From NCBI GenBank assembly GCA_963829055.1, contig CAWHHI010000004.1, positions 416,001 to 480,000 of the forward strand: a stretch of DNA of 64,000 nt. Reading direction: 5' to 3'. Every line of letters starts with the position of its first letter. Positions within the stretch are counted from its first letter, which is position 1. A model generated the notes under the pieces. That model made no database searches, was not told the DNA's origin, and was given only the letters and a program-made list of their open reading frames with translations. A program made the position numbers and the translations under genes. Source of the stretch: an uncultured Gemmatimonadaceae bacterium (GTDB lineage Bacteria; Gemmatimonadota; Gemmatimonadetes; Gemmatimonadales; Gemmatimonadaceae). This document shows, one piece after another, positions 53,048 through 64,000 of this stretch.

Positions 53048-54796
53048 CGCGCACGCTCCGCGCCGTTGACGGAAGCAGATGGCTGCGCCCGCACGACGAA
53101 CGATGCACTTCGGTTGAGCCGAGCACGCTCGGCGGGCGAATCGGCGGGTAGTGGATCGTTGTTGCCAATGGCGTCGGTCGTGATGCGCGCGGCGCCGATG
53201 CCGAGTGACACGAGGCGATCGCGAACGGCGAATGCCCGTCGGCGGCTGAGCGCGAGGTTGTCGCTCTCGGCGCCAGAGGGGTCGGCGCGGCCCACGACGG
53301 TCAGGCTCACGTTGTAACGGATCGTCGTGGCGGCGTCGAGGAGCTCTCTGATCTTCATCGCGACGAGGGCGGTTGCCGCAAGCGCTGATCTGTCGAGAGA
53401 GTCAGCACCTGGCGCGAAGAACGCATGCGAGCGCTCGATCTCAGCGGCGATCGCTTCCAGTGTCGGCCGGCAGCCCGGGTGCGACGCGCGAGAAATCGAC
53501 GGAGCCGACTCCAGCGAGGGCGGGGGCGACCGACTCTGCGCGCACGATCCAGAACGCCGGCGCGCGGCCGGCGACACTCAGGGTATCGCCGTTCAATGAG
53601 AACGTGACACCGACAGGCGGCGCCAATACTCGTCGAGCGCGCGCGAGCAGCAGCGCGGGCTCGGTCGATACATACGGCTCCCAGTGTGCGACGACGTCGT
53701 TGGTGTCGACGCCCCTGCTCGCGAGCAACAGCGATGGATTGCGGGCGAGCGGATCTCGCATGCCGGTGAGGTGCCACTTTCCGCCGTCGCGCTCACTGCG
53801 AATCACGACGATGCCTGGTTCGGCCTCGAGGCGCGTCATGGCCGTGTTCCACTGTCGACCGCCGCGCGTCGCCCACCAGGACAGCGCGGCGACGATGAGC
53901 AGAACGGGAATGGCCCACGCGAATTTCCGTAGCCCAGGCTTCGATGCCGCACGGTCCGTCGACAGCACCGTCTCGATGCATTCTTCGAGCAGCGGCTGCG
54001 TGGATGTGAACGCGGTCGCATCGCCATTGAAGGATGCGAGCGGATTCGACCACTGCAGGTGAATCCTCTCGACGGTCGTCTGCAACTTCACGGGCAACGT
54101 GTTCGGCGGCGTTCCACGCACGACCGCGGCGATGTACGCCTGCGGTCCGGGCTCCACGAGCACGGTGAGATCGCCAGCCGCGAACGCGCGCAGCTCGCCG
54201 GTGTGCTTCGGCTCGAACGAGTCATTCACGAAATCGCCGATCGCCGTCAGCATTCCCGAGATGAGATCGGCGTCGCCTGACGAGTCCTCGGGTACGTGCG
54301 CGAGCAGGAGCCCCGTCTCTGCATGGACGAGGAAGACCTGCTCCACGCGATACACGAGCGCGTGACGCATGACGATCTGCGCGAACGAGACGCCCGTGCG
54401 CCACGACTCGATGCGCCATCGAATGCCCTGCGGCGAGAAGCTGTGCTCGATGGCGCGATTGATCGTGTTGACCAGCCCCGCCATCGTCTCGGCGATCGCC
54501 TTGCGGATCGATGGGCCGAGGACCGGGAAGATCGCGGTGGCGATCTCTTGCGGGTTGCGGCGCACCGACTCGCTGATCGCGCATTCGACTGTCGGCGCGA
54601 GCGCAATGCCGAGCTGTCGATCACGATTGGTGCGCTGCATGATCGCCTGAGGCAGATGCTCGGCGATCTCGTCGGGCGTCAGCTCGAACGTGTCGAGTCG
54701 GCGGCGAAGCTCGTCGAGTTGCCGCCGCTCGCCGCCGAACAGCAGATCGCGGAGTTCGGTGAGCTCGCGAACGCTTAGATCACCGTCATCCGACAC
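53044..54796 (-). CDS. Bitopic membrane protein with C-terminal OmpA-like peptidoglycan-binding domain (one frameshift)
   Basis: Helical N-terminus, TM FAWAIPVLLIVAALSWW, then GRADPSG..NLALSRRRA..RLNRS OmpA motifs in the next frame. Confidence 0.88.
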
Positions 54797-54798
54797 GG

Positions 54799-55440
54799 TC
54801 AGCTCCGCGGAGCCTTCGCGGGCGTGCGTGAGTCACCACCGAGTCGCGTTGCCATCTCGGAGAATACGCTGACGATGGCGGAGACGTCGGTCTTGTCGGT
54901 GCGGAGCGAGGCGACTTCGCGATTGAGATCGCTCGTGACGCGCTGCGAGAGTCGTTCGATCTCGGCGGTGATGGCGCGCGACTGCTGCATGATCTGATCG
55001 CGAATTTCCGCATCGGCCATGCCGGTGAGCTCTTCGAGCTTCACGTGCCGCTTCTCGAGTGAACGCAGCACTTCCTTGAGCTCGGCCGACAGCGCTTTGA
55101 GCTCCTCGGTGCGCTTCGTCCGCTCGGCGACGAGTCGCTCGCCGAGCACCTCGGCTTCGTGCTTGGCGCTGGCGTCGACCTCGGCGAGTTGCTGCGAGAA
55201 GTCGGTGCGCATGGACGCCTGCTCGCGCATGAGGCGCTCCTCGAGCCCTTGCAGGCGCGACTCGACGGCGCGCATCTGTCCGCCGAACAGGATGTCTCGG
55301 ACCTTGTCGAGACTCTCGGGCGCGGTGTCGTTAGGCGGAAGGTCCGCTGGGCGAGTCACCGCCATCACCACCGGCGCCGGCGCGGCTGGCGCCGGAGTAG
55401 TCCGCCCGTTTCCGGGACGGTTGTTCTCGATCCTGGCCAT
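54799..55440 (-). CDS. Coiled-coil hypothetical protein
   Basis: SLDKVRDILFGGQMR followed by a long E/R/L-rich heptad region. Confidence 0.85.
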   Translation of the reverse strand: MARIENNRPGNGRTTPAPAAPAPVVMAVTRPADLPPNDTAPESLDKVRDILFGGQMRAVESRLQGLEERLMREQASMRTDFSQQLAEVDASAKHEAEVLGERLVAERTKRTEELKALSAELKEVLRSLEKRHVKLEELTGMADAEIRDQIMQQSRAITAEIERLSQRVTSDLNREVASLRTDKTDVSAIVSVFSEMATRLGGDSRTPAKAPRS

Positions 55441-55544
55441 GCGTTGAAGCCTCACGTCGGGGTGGAACGACCGACTCAATTACATCGACGCCGCTCAGGC
55501 CAAGGTAGGGACTGAAACGGCAAGCGGAAGTAGGGAAGTCGCTG

Positions 55545-55710
55545 CGGGCTGCACGCTGCGCTGCACGCTGCTTTTGCCGACGGCTGCAAGCGCGGCAGCT
55601 ACGCCGCCATCGCGCCATCAGCCATCAGCTGACGCGCAGCGTCGCCCAGCCCCAGCCCGCCAGTCCCAGTCCCCAGTCCCGATTCCCGAGTCCCCAGTCC
55701 CGATTCCCGA
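55545..55710. repeat. Intergenic short tandem repeat mosaic (GCTGCAC, GCCATCA, AGTCCCC/GATTCCC)
   Basis: Directly visible tandem units; the last tract abuts the S9 peptidase stop. Confidence 0.7.
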
Positions 55711-55711
55711 C

Positions 55712-57760
55712 CTACTGGGCCACCGGCTTCAGGTATCGGTCGTACCACTTCAGGTATCGATCCAGCCGATCCACCCGATAGCTCGGCAGGGTGATCCCGT
55801 GGAAAGAGTTCGGGTAGATCACGAGCTGCGTGTCGATTCCCAGTGACTTGAGCGCCTGATACATCTGCTCGCTGCCGGCCGTGGGGACGTTGAAGTCCTT
55901 CTCGCCGCTCATGAACAGCGTTGGAGTCTTGATGCGGTCGGCGTGGAAGAACGGATACGAGACTTTCATCCAGGCGTCCGGGTTCTTCCACGGGGCGCCG
56001 AGCTCGGTCTCGTACTGCAGGATGTACTGATCCACGCCGTACATGGACGTCTGCAGCGCGCTTCCGGCGCCGCTGATGGCCGCCTTGAAGCGCGGCGTGG
56101 TTGCGATCGTGTAGTCCGTCGTGATCCCGCCGTAACTCCAGCCGCCGATGCCCAACCGGTCCGGGTCGGCGATGCCCTTCGAGATGACGTAATCGGTCGC
56201 GGCGAGGACATCGATCACTTCCTTGTTTCCCCAGTCGCCGGAGATGGCGTTCATGAACTTCTCGCCGCGGCCGTTGCTACCACGGTAGTTCGGCGACACA
56301 ACGACGTAGCCGTTGGCGGCGAACAGCTCACGCTCGAAGTTGAACGAGTACTGATCCTGCCCGGTCGGACCACCGTGGATCCGCAACAGCGTCGGCATCT
56401 TGCCGCTCGAGCCCGCGGGGCGCGTCACCACGGCGTGCACGTCGGCGCCGTCCGGCGTCTTGAACTCGATGCCTTCGGTGGTGCCGAGCTGAATCTCCGA
56501 AAGCCACTCGTCGTTCTGGTGCGAGAGCGGCCGGAGCGTGCCGTTCTCCAGGGCGTGAATTTCCGGCATCTCGGTCGACGTCGATGCGAGAACGGCGAGC
56601 TTGCCCGCCCGGGCCCATGGAGACGTTCGAGACCACGCGTGGTCCATTCGTGAGCTTCTCGACCGGGCCGCCTGTCGCCTTGATGCGCGCGACGTACTGC
56701 GTGCGATCGTCGGTCACAATGAAGAGCAGGGAAGCGCCATCGGCCGTCCAACGTGGAGACGTCACGGGCCGATCGAGCGATTCGGTGAGGAGGCGTGGCT
56801 CGCCACCGGCCGCCGGAATCACGGCGACGCGATACTGGTCGTAGATGGACATCGTCTTCGACCCACCGCGAACGTACGCGATCGACTTTCCGTCCGGGCT
56901 CCACGCCAGCTTGCTGCCGCTGTTGTTGTCGTCGCCCTCGAACATCGTTAGGCGTCGCATCTCCGCGCCCGGGACGTGCGTCGATCACATAGATGTCCGC
57001 GTTGATGCTGCGATCGGGATCCGGCGAGCGGTCGCTGACGAAGGCGATCATCTTCCCGTCCGGCGACCACGACGGGTTGGACTCGTCATACTTGCCCGCC
57101 GTGAGCACTTCCGACTTCTTCGCCGCGACGTCGAACAGGTACAGGTGGCTGCGCTGGTTGCCGAGGTAGCCCTGGATGTCCTGCTTGAAGTGGTAGCGAT
57201 CGAGGACGATCGGCTTCGGTGCCTTCGCCTTCGTGGAGTCAGCGGTGCTGGCGGTATCTTCGGGGTCGTCGACGCTGAGGACGAGGCGCGTGCCGTCGGG
57301 CGACCATTCGTAGGCGCTGACGCCGCCCTTGATCTCGGTGAGACGCGTGGCCTCGCCACCGCGGCGATCGAGTAGCCAGACCTGGCCGCCCTTGCCGCCG
57401 TCGCGCGATGAGATGAAGGAGAGGTAGCGGCCGTCGGGACTCCACCGCGGCTGGCTCTCGCCGTCCTTGGTGGACGTGATGCGCAGATTCTCCTTGCCGT
57501 CCCAACTGGCCATCCACACGTCGGTGTCGTTCTTGTCGCGTGCGGAATCGGCCACGGTGACGGTGTAGGCGACCCACTTGCCATCAGGCGAGATCTGCGG
57601 GTCGCGAACATCGCGGACGCGGAAGATGTCGGTGGCGCGGAGCGGCCGCTTGGCGGCGCGCCGGGCGCGAGGCGTTAGGCGTGGTGGGCGACGTCCTCGG
57701 CCCCTGGGCGATGGCGGCGCTCGCGGCGGCGGTGACAGCGATGACTGACAGAATGCGCAT
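55712..57760 (-). CDS. S9 family peptidase (prolyl oligopeptidase/acylaminoacyl peptidase, frameshifted)
   Basis: PD40 repeats; IHGGP, NYRGS, GWSYGG, GEKDFNV, FHG. Confidence 0.95.
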
Positions 57761-57821
57761 GGGTGCGGAGGTCACGAGAGTCAGACGAAAATCGGCGCTC
57801 GGCGCCGGTTGAGTTGGCGGA

Positions 57822-58274
57822 TCATGCGTTAGGTGGCACGACCGCGGTGGCTTCGATCTCGATTTCGGCGCCGGGCTCGAGCAGCGTCGAGACGACGACG
57901 ACGGACATGGCAGGGTAGTGGCGGCCGAAGATCTCGCGGTATGCGGCCCCGATCGCTCGCGCTCGCGGAGGTACGCTTCGCGACCTGTGACGAACCAGGT
58001 GAGCCTGACGAGATGTGCGGGCTCGGCGCCAGCCGGCGGCGAGCACGGGCCACGATATTCACGAACGCCTGACGCGCCTGCGCGGCCATGCCACCCGTCG
58101 ACGACGCGCTCGGTGATGGGATTCCACCCGATCTGCCCGGACAGGAACAGCGTGCGCCCTTCGGCGGAGACGGCGTGAGAGTAGCCCGAGCCGCGTGGCC
58201 ATCCGTCGGGAATCGGGAATCGGGAATCGGGAATCGGGCGCGGGATCGATCTCCTCGGTGGGCTCCTCGCTCAT
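57822..58274 (-). CDS. RidA/YjgF family protein (frameshifted)
   Basis: [40 protein letters not shown]. Confidence 0.88.
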
Positions 58275-60013
58275 GGCGCCTCCCGATGGGCGTCGTTCCG
58301 CGCGACTGCGTCTTCGATTCCCGATTCCCGCCGCCCGGTTCGCCGGGCCCCGCCGATTCCCGATGTTCCCGCAAACGAAATCTCTGCAACTTCCCCGTGT
58401 CGGTTCTCGGCAGCTTCTCCACGAACTCGATCCGTCGCGGGTACTTGTACGGCGCGATCTCGGCCTTCACGAAATCCTGCAGCTCGCGGGCGAGCTCGGG
58501 GGTGGCGGCGCACCCCGGCGCGCACGACAATGAATGCCTTCACGACGTGACCGCGGTCCTCGTCAGGCGCGGCGACGACGCCGCACTCCTGCACCGCGCG
58601 ATGCTCCAGCAGCACGTTCTCGACCTCCGCGCCCGACACGTTGTGTCCGCCCGTAATGATCATGTCGTCCGTGCGCGCGACGTACCAGAAGTAGCCCTCG
58701 TCGTCCTGACGGAACGAGTCGCCGGTGACGTTCCAGCCGTTCTCGACGTAGCCGCGCTGACGCTCGAGATCGCGCGAGGTAGCGGCAGCCGGTCGGACCG
58801 CGGACCGCGAGCCGACCGATCTCGCCACGCGGTACCTCGGAGCCGGTCTCGTCGACGCAACGTGCCTCGTACCCGGGCACCACGCGACCCGTCGATCCCG
58901 GGCGAATGTCGTCGCCGCTGGCCGAGATGAAAATGTGCAGCATCTCCGTCGCGCCGATGCCGTCGATGATGCGCATGCCCGTCGCCTTTTCCCACGCCTC
59001 GAACGTCGCGCGCGGCAGATGCTCACCGGCGGACACGCATTTCGTGAGCGACGAGATGTCGTACCGGTCGAGCATGCCGAGCATCGCGCGATAGGCCGTC
59101 GGCGACGTCCAGCAGACGGTCGGCCGTGCTCGTGAATGCCGTCGATGAGCTGCGGCGGCGCGGCCTGCTCGAGCAGAAGCGACGCTGCGCCCACGTCGCA
59201 TCGGGAACAGCACGAGCCCGCCGAGACCGAACGTGAACGCGAACGGCGGCGACCCGCAGCAGAATGTCGTCGGCGAGACAGCTTCGCCACCGACCGCGGG
59301 AAAGCAGTCGCAGATCGCCAGCACGTCGCGATGAAAGTGCATCGTGCCCTTCGCGTTGCCGGTCGTGCCTGACGTGAACGCGATGAGCACGGTGTCGTCC
59401 GCGGCGGTGTCGCAGTTCGCGAACGTCGCGGGCTTACCGACCATCATCGTCTCGAGCGAGCCGGGCATCGTTGGACGCGAAGTGAACGGTGCGTCCACCC
59501 GGTCGCGGCGCGCCCGCGCTCGTCTGACCTCATCGCGGTCTCGCACTCCGGCGCGAACCGCGCGTCGCATAACGCGAGCGAGATCTCCGCCTTGTCCGCG
59601 ATGTACGTCAGCTCGCGCACGCGCAGCAACGGCATCGTGCACACGACCACCGCGCCGACCTTCACGATCGCGAACCAGCACGCGACCATCATCGGCGAGT
59701 TCGGACCGCGCAGCAGCACGCGATTGCCGGGAACGACGCCCAGGTCGTCGACGAGCACGTGGGCGATGCGGTTCGACATCTCGAGCACGTCGCGATACGT
59801 CCAGCGTCCGCCGGGGAAGAGAAACGCCGTGCGGTCGCCGTCGCCTGCTTCCACCATGCGGTCGAGCAGCTCGGTCGCGCAGTTGAGCTGTGACGGGTAT
59901 GCGAGCTCGGGCAGCGACGCCGAAATCCATCGCGGCCACAGATCGGCCGGCGGCAGCTGGTCGCGGCAGAACGTGTCGACGTGCGCGGACACGCCGTGGG
60001 GCGCGTTAGGCAT
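58271..60013 (-). CDS. Benzoate/2-aminobenzoate-CoA ligase family protein (frameshifted)
   Basis: [63 protein letters not shown]. Confidence 0.92.
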
Positions 60014-60026
60014 CGTCGAGCGGGCT

Positions 60027-60140
60027 GTCATTCCGAGCGGACGGCCGTAGGCCGGAGTCGAGGAATCGCGATCGTCGAGAGGGCCCTCTGTCGGGAGTCG
60101 CGATTCCTCGACTGCGGCTTCGCGCTCCGCTCGGAATGAC
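60027..60140. repeat. REP/MITE-like palindromic element (GTCATTCCGAG...CTCGGAATGAC)
   Basis: Terminal inverted repeat plus inner AGTCGAGGAATCGCGA...TCGCGATTCCTCGACT; lies inside an operon. Confidence 0.85.
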
Positions 60141-60144
60141 AGGC

Positions 60145-61353
60145 TCACTCACCCTGCTCCTCCGCTTCGGCAATGATCTGGCCGGCGATCACGAGCTTCT
60201 GGATCTCGCTCGTGCCCTCGTAGATGCGCAACGCGCGGATCTCGCGATAGAGCCGCTCGACCGGTTCGCCGACCACCACTCCGCGGCCCGCCGAACAGCT
60301 GCACCGCGTCGTCGATCACGCGCTGGGCGGCCTCGGTCGCGAACAGCTTGGCCATCGCCGCCTCACGCGTCACACGCTCGGCGCCGGCGTCCCGTGTCCA
60401 CGCCGCGCGGTAGACCAGCAGCGCGCTCGCGTCGACCGCGGTCGCCATGTCGGCGAGCTTGGCCTGCGTCAGCTGAAAGTCCGCGAGCCGCTTGACCGAA
60501 CGCATGGCGCGAAATCGCGTGCGCCGTCGCTTCCGTCAACGCGCGGCGCGCGAAGCCAAGCGCCGCGGCGCCCACCGTCGACCGAAAGATGTCGAGCGTG
60601 CCGAGCGCGACGCGCATGCCCTTGCCTGGTTCACCGACGATCGACGCTCGCCGGGACGCGGCACTCGTTGAGCTCGAGCGTGCCGAGTGGGTGCGGCGCG
60701 TTGACCGCGATACGCTCGCTGACCGTCAGCCCCGGATTGTCGGCGTCCACCACCACCGCGACGAAGCTCGTTCTCGGCATCCATCGAGCCGCGCGAACAC
60801 GACGTAGAACTCCGCGATGCCGGCGTTCGAGATCCACGTCTTGCGACCGTCGAGCACCAGATCGCCGCCGTCGCGCCGTGCGTGGTTTGCATCGCCGACA
60901 CGTCGCTGCCGGCGGCGGCTCGGAGAGCGCGAACGCCGCGATCGCCTCGCCGGACGCGACACGCGGCAGATAGCGCTGCTTCAGCTCGTCGCTTCCGAAC
61001 TGAGAGATCGGACCGGAGCCCAAGCCCTGCATGCCGAAGGCGAAGTCGGCCATCCCGGACAGCTGACCGAGCGTCTCGCGAGCGAGGCAGATCGTCCGGA
61101 CGTCGAGGCGGGCAGGGCGCGAGGCCGTACGGCTCGGGCACCGACGTACTGCAGCCACCCGCCGGCACCGAGTCGCCGGACGATTTCGCGGAACGTGCCG
61201 TCTACGTCCTCCGGCTCGTGCGGCCACGAGCGGCGCGATTCGATCGGCCGCCCACGACCGAAGCTCGAGCGCGAACTCGCGATGCGCGTCCGTGAAGAAC
61301 GGCCACGCGAGGTGGCCGAGCGCGGACGGAGGGCGCGCCACGCTCGTGCTCAC
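60145..61353 (-). CDS. Acyl-CoA dehydrogenase (frameshifted)
   Basis: [58 protein letters not shown]. Confidence 0.93.
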
Positions 61354-61354
61354 G

Positions 61355-62194
61355 CTACTCGCCCGTGAACGCGGGTGTCGACGCGGTTCGCGAACGCGCG
61401 ATAGGCGCGCACGAAGTCATCGGTCTGCATGCAGATCGCCTGCGTCTGCGCCTCGGCCTCGATCGCCTCGTCGATTCCCATGTTCCATTCGTGGTGCAGC
61501 GCCTTCTTCGTCATCGCGTGCGCGAACGTTGGGCCCTCGGCCAGCGATTGCGCTAGCGCTCCGGCCTGTTCGGCGAGCTGTCTGCCGGGTCGACGAGGCG
61601 ATTGTAGAAGCCCCACCGCTCCGCTTCCGCACCGTCCATGAAGCGGCCGGTGTACAGCAGCTCCGACGCGCGTCCGTGGCCGATCACGCGCGGCAGGAGC
61701 GCGCATGCGCCCATGTCGGCGCCGCTCAGACCGACGCGCGAGAACAGGAACGCGACCTTGCTGCGCGACGTGCCGAGGCGCATGTCGCTTGCCAGCGCGA
61801 TAGCCGCGCCGGCACCGGCGCAGACGCCGTCGATGGCGGCGACGATGGGCTGCGGGCAATGACGCATGGCCTTCACGAGGTCGCCCGTCATCCGGGTGAA
61901 CGCCAGGATGTCGCCCGTTCGCCCGGACTCCTTCATCTGCACGAGCGGTCCAATGATCTCGTGCACGTCGCCGCCTGACGAGAAGTTTTCGCCGGCGCCG
62001 GTGACAATCACCGCGCGCACGTCGGTGACGTAGGAGAGGACGCGAAACGTCTCGGTGAGCTCGCCGTACGACTCGAACGTCAGCGGGTTCTTTCGCTCGG
62101 GCCGGTTCAGCGTGATGGTGGCGACGCGACCGGCGAGGTCCCAGCGAAAGTGGCGGGGACGAATGGTGGTGACGTCGATGCCGATCGGGGACAT
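61355..62194 (-). CDS. Enoyl-CoA hydratase/isomerase family protein (frameshifted)
   Basis: [39 protein letters not shown]. Confidence 0.93.
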
Positions 62195-62327
62195 TGAGTG
62201 TCGAGGTGTACCACGGTCGCGGTGAAGTTCAGGGCACTTACGGACGGTCGAGTGTAAGAGTCTAGCTGGCGACGCTCCCGTCGCGTAGGGTGTCGCGAGC
62301 GCGCGAGAATCCATTCGGGCGAGGGCC

Positions 62328-63797
62328 ATGCAGCTGATGGTGCGGGTTGCAACAATGCTGTCCGTCGTCATCGCGGCACACGCGCTGAGCGCGCAGGGTC
62401 CGCGGTCGACGGCCTCCGCGACCGGGATCGAAACCATCATCACGCGGCGTCGTGTTCGACAGTCTCGCCAATGCGCGGTCTCGCCGGCGCGACCGTGCAG
62501 ATCGCCGGATGCGACCGGAAAGGCGTGGACGAGCACCAAGGAAACCGACGGAACGGCCGCTTCGAGTTCGCCGACGTTCCCATCGGCACGTACCTGCTCG
62601 GGTTCTTTCACCCGAAGCTCGATTCGCTCGCGCTCTCGAGCCGACGTGCTGCGCGTGGACGTCCGGACGCGAGCAGCCGATGCGTCGTGCGGCTCGGCGA
62701 TCCCATCGGCGCGGACGATCGTCGCGTTCGATCTGCGGTGCGAAATCGGTCACCGATTCGACGGGCCTCTTCCTGGGGTACGTTCGCGGCGCGGACAACC
62801 TCAATGCCGCGCCCGAATGGCGTCGTAAGCGTTCGGTGGACCGAGATCGTCATCGAGAAGAAGTCGATTCGCTCGCGAGCTTCCGAGCGCGAATGCGTCG
62901 ACCGGACCAACGGGGCTGTACGCGATGTGTGGCATCCCCGCTGTCGACGCCGATCGTGCTTCAGGCCGCGAGTGAGGCCGACAGCAGCGGATCGTTCGAG
63001 GTCACCGTGCCCGCGACCGGCCTGCTACCATCGCGATGTGTTCGTCGCTCCGTTCACGCGCACGAAGGTGGCGATATCGGACTCGGCGCCGGCAGTGGAG
63101 CTGCTCCGCGGGCACGGGGCGGTTCGCGGCCGCGTGATCGGAACGAATGGTCGTCCGGTCGCAGGCGCGCGTGTGATGGTGTGGGGCACCGGCCTCGAGA
63201 CGGCAACCGATGGCGACGGCGAGTTCGCGCTCCAGCGGTCTTCCGGGCGGCACGCACACGCTCGAGGCACGCGCGGTGGGGTTCATGCCTGCGCGGACGC
63301 CGGTCGACATCGTGCAGGGGACGCCGGGCGCGACGGAGGTCGAGCTCACGAATTTCGGCATCACGCTCGACACGGTGCGAGTGTTCGGCGCAGCGCCTGT
63401 ACACGTCGAGGCGTGAGGCGGACTTCGAGCGACGTGTGCAGACGGGCACCGGCCACCTGATCGACGAGAAGGAGATCGAGAAGCGAAAGCCGATGGTCCT
63501 GACGGATCTGCTTCGCAACGTGCCCGGCGTGATGATCCTGCCGGACCAGCACTCGTGGGACGTCGCGTACATGCGTGGAGGGCAGAGCGTCCTCGGGAGC
63601 GGTCTCTGTCGCCCGGATCTCATGGTCGACGGCATTCGCGTCGCGAATGACGAATGTTCCCGCTCAACTCCATGGTGTCGACGACGGAGATTCGCGCGGT
63701 GGAGGTGTACGCCCACTCTGCCATGGTCCCGGCCGATCTCGCGTCCGCCAGCGGGTGCGGAGTGATCGTGATCTGGACGGGGGCGCGACGGAAGTAG
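62328..63797 (+). CDS. Carboxypeptidase regulatory-like repeat protein with C-terminal plug-like domain (frameshifted)
   Basis: [37 protein letters not shown], ends CGVIVIWT; no barrel. Confidence 0.8.
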
Positions 63798-63840
63798 CGG
63801 CGGCCAGTTTGCGAGCAACGTTAGGTATTCCGCAGTACGT

Positions 63841-64000
63841 GTCATCCCGAGCGCCAGCGAGGGACCTTCTGTGAGGTCATCGTAGCCGGCTGGCGTTCCT
63901 GCGACTCGGACCGGCGGAACGCAGAGCGCTCTGAACGCGCAGAGAACGCAGAAGAGAAATGAACAAATTGCTCTTTGCCGTTTTCTGCGTGGTCTGAGCG
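63841..64000. repeat. Truncated GTCATCCCGA-family element followed by CGCAGAG-type repeats
   Basis: 63841-63894 is nearly identical to 51560-51620; then AACGCAGAG..CGCAGAGAACGCAGA and a partly complementary TTCTGCGT. Confidence 0.75.

Noticed and set aside
1..64000. Pervasive frameshifts read as mass pseudogenisation or programmed frameshifting
   Set aside because: They hit core genes (rho, tamA/tamB, PBP1A, thyX) as isolated single-base indels with motifs otherwise intact, which is typical of unpolished long-read assembly.
1..64000. Many long Arg/Ala/Pro-rich ORFs in the six-frame track (e.g. 44953-46068, 46879-48063, 49210-50169)
   Set aside because: Antisense or off-frame shadows of real genes in high-GC DNA; no motifs.
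1..64000. CRISPR array, tRNA, rRNA, integrase or transposase
   Set aside because: No regularly spaced repeat-spacer units and no recognisable RNA gene or recombinase motifs; the repeats seen are tandem or palindromic.
1..64000. Frequent GCGATCGC/CGATCG as a HIP1-like signal
   Set aside because: Plausibly explained by GC content and common codons (GCG ATC GCx); excess cannot be shown by eye.

Overview
High-GC (roughly 68% by eye) bacterial chromosomal window. The gene repertoire (PadR plus ADOP permease, DUF1501/DUF1800 pair, plug-only proteins, thyX, EF-G2) points to Gemmatimonadota; this assignment is inference. Many genes are broken by single-base indels, which looks like uncorrected long-read assembly error, so CDS calls are stitched across frames and some boundaries are approximate. 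Recognisable content: secreted hydrolases, tamA/tamB, rho, a PBP1A/deacetylase/M23 envelope region, an EF-G paralogue, a KamA-GNAT-two ATP-grasp operon, thyX, and part of a 2-aminobenzoyl-CoA-type catabolic cluster. No rRNA, tRNA, CRISPR array or transposase was seen. Best leads: (1) a tightly coupled four-gene operon of a coiled-coil protein, a membrane-anchored OmpA protein with a longin/roadblock-like cytoplasmic domain, a Rab-like small GTPase and a PP2C phosphatase; (2) a strongly over-represented heptamer CCTAACG/CGTTAGG (38 copies counted by eye); (3) the KamA/ATP-grasp/GNAT biosynthetic operon; (4) heptamer-armed palindromic elements inside coding sequences, in frame in one gene and exactly one repeat unit out of frame in two others; (5) a Tricorn-like propeller/C1 module fused to a gamma-glutamyltransferase.
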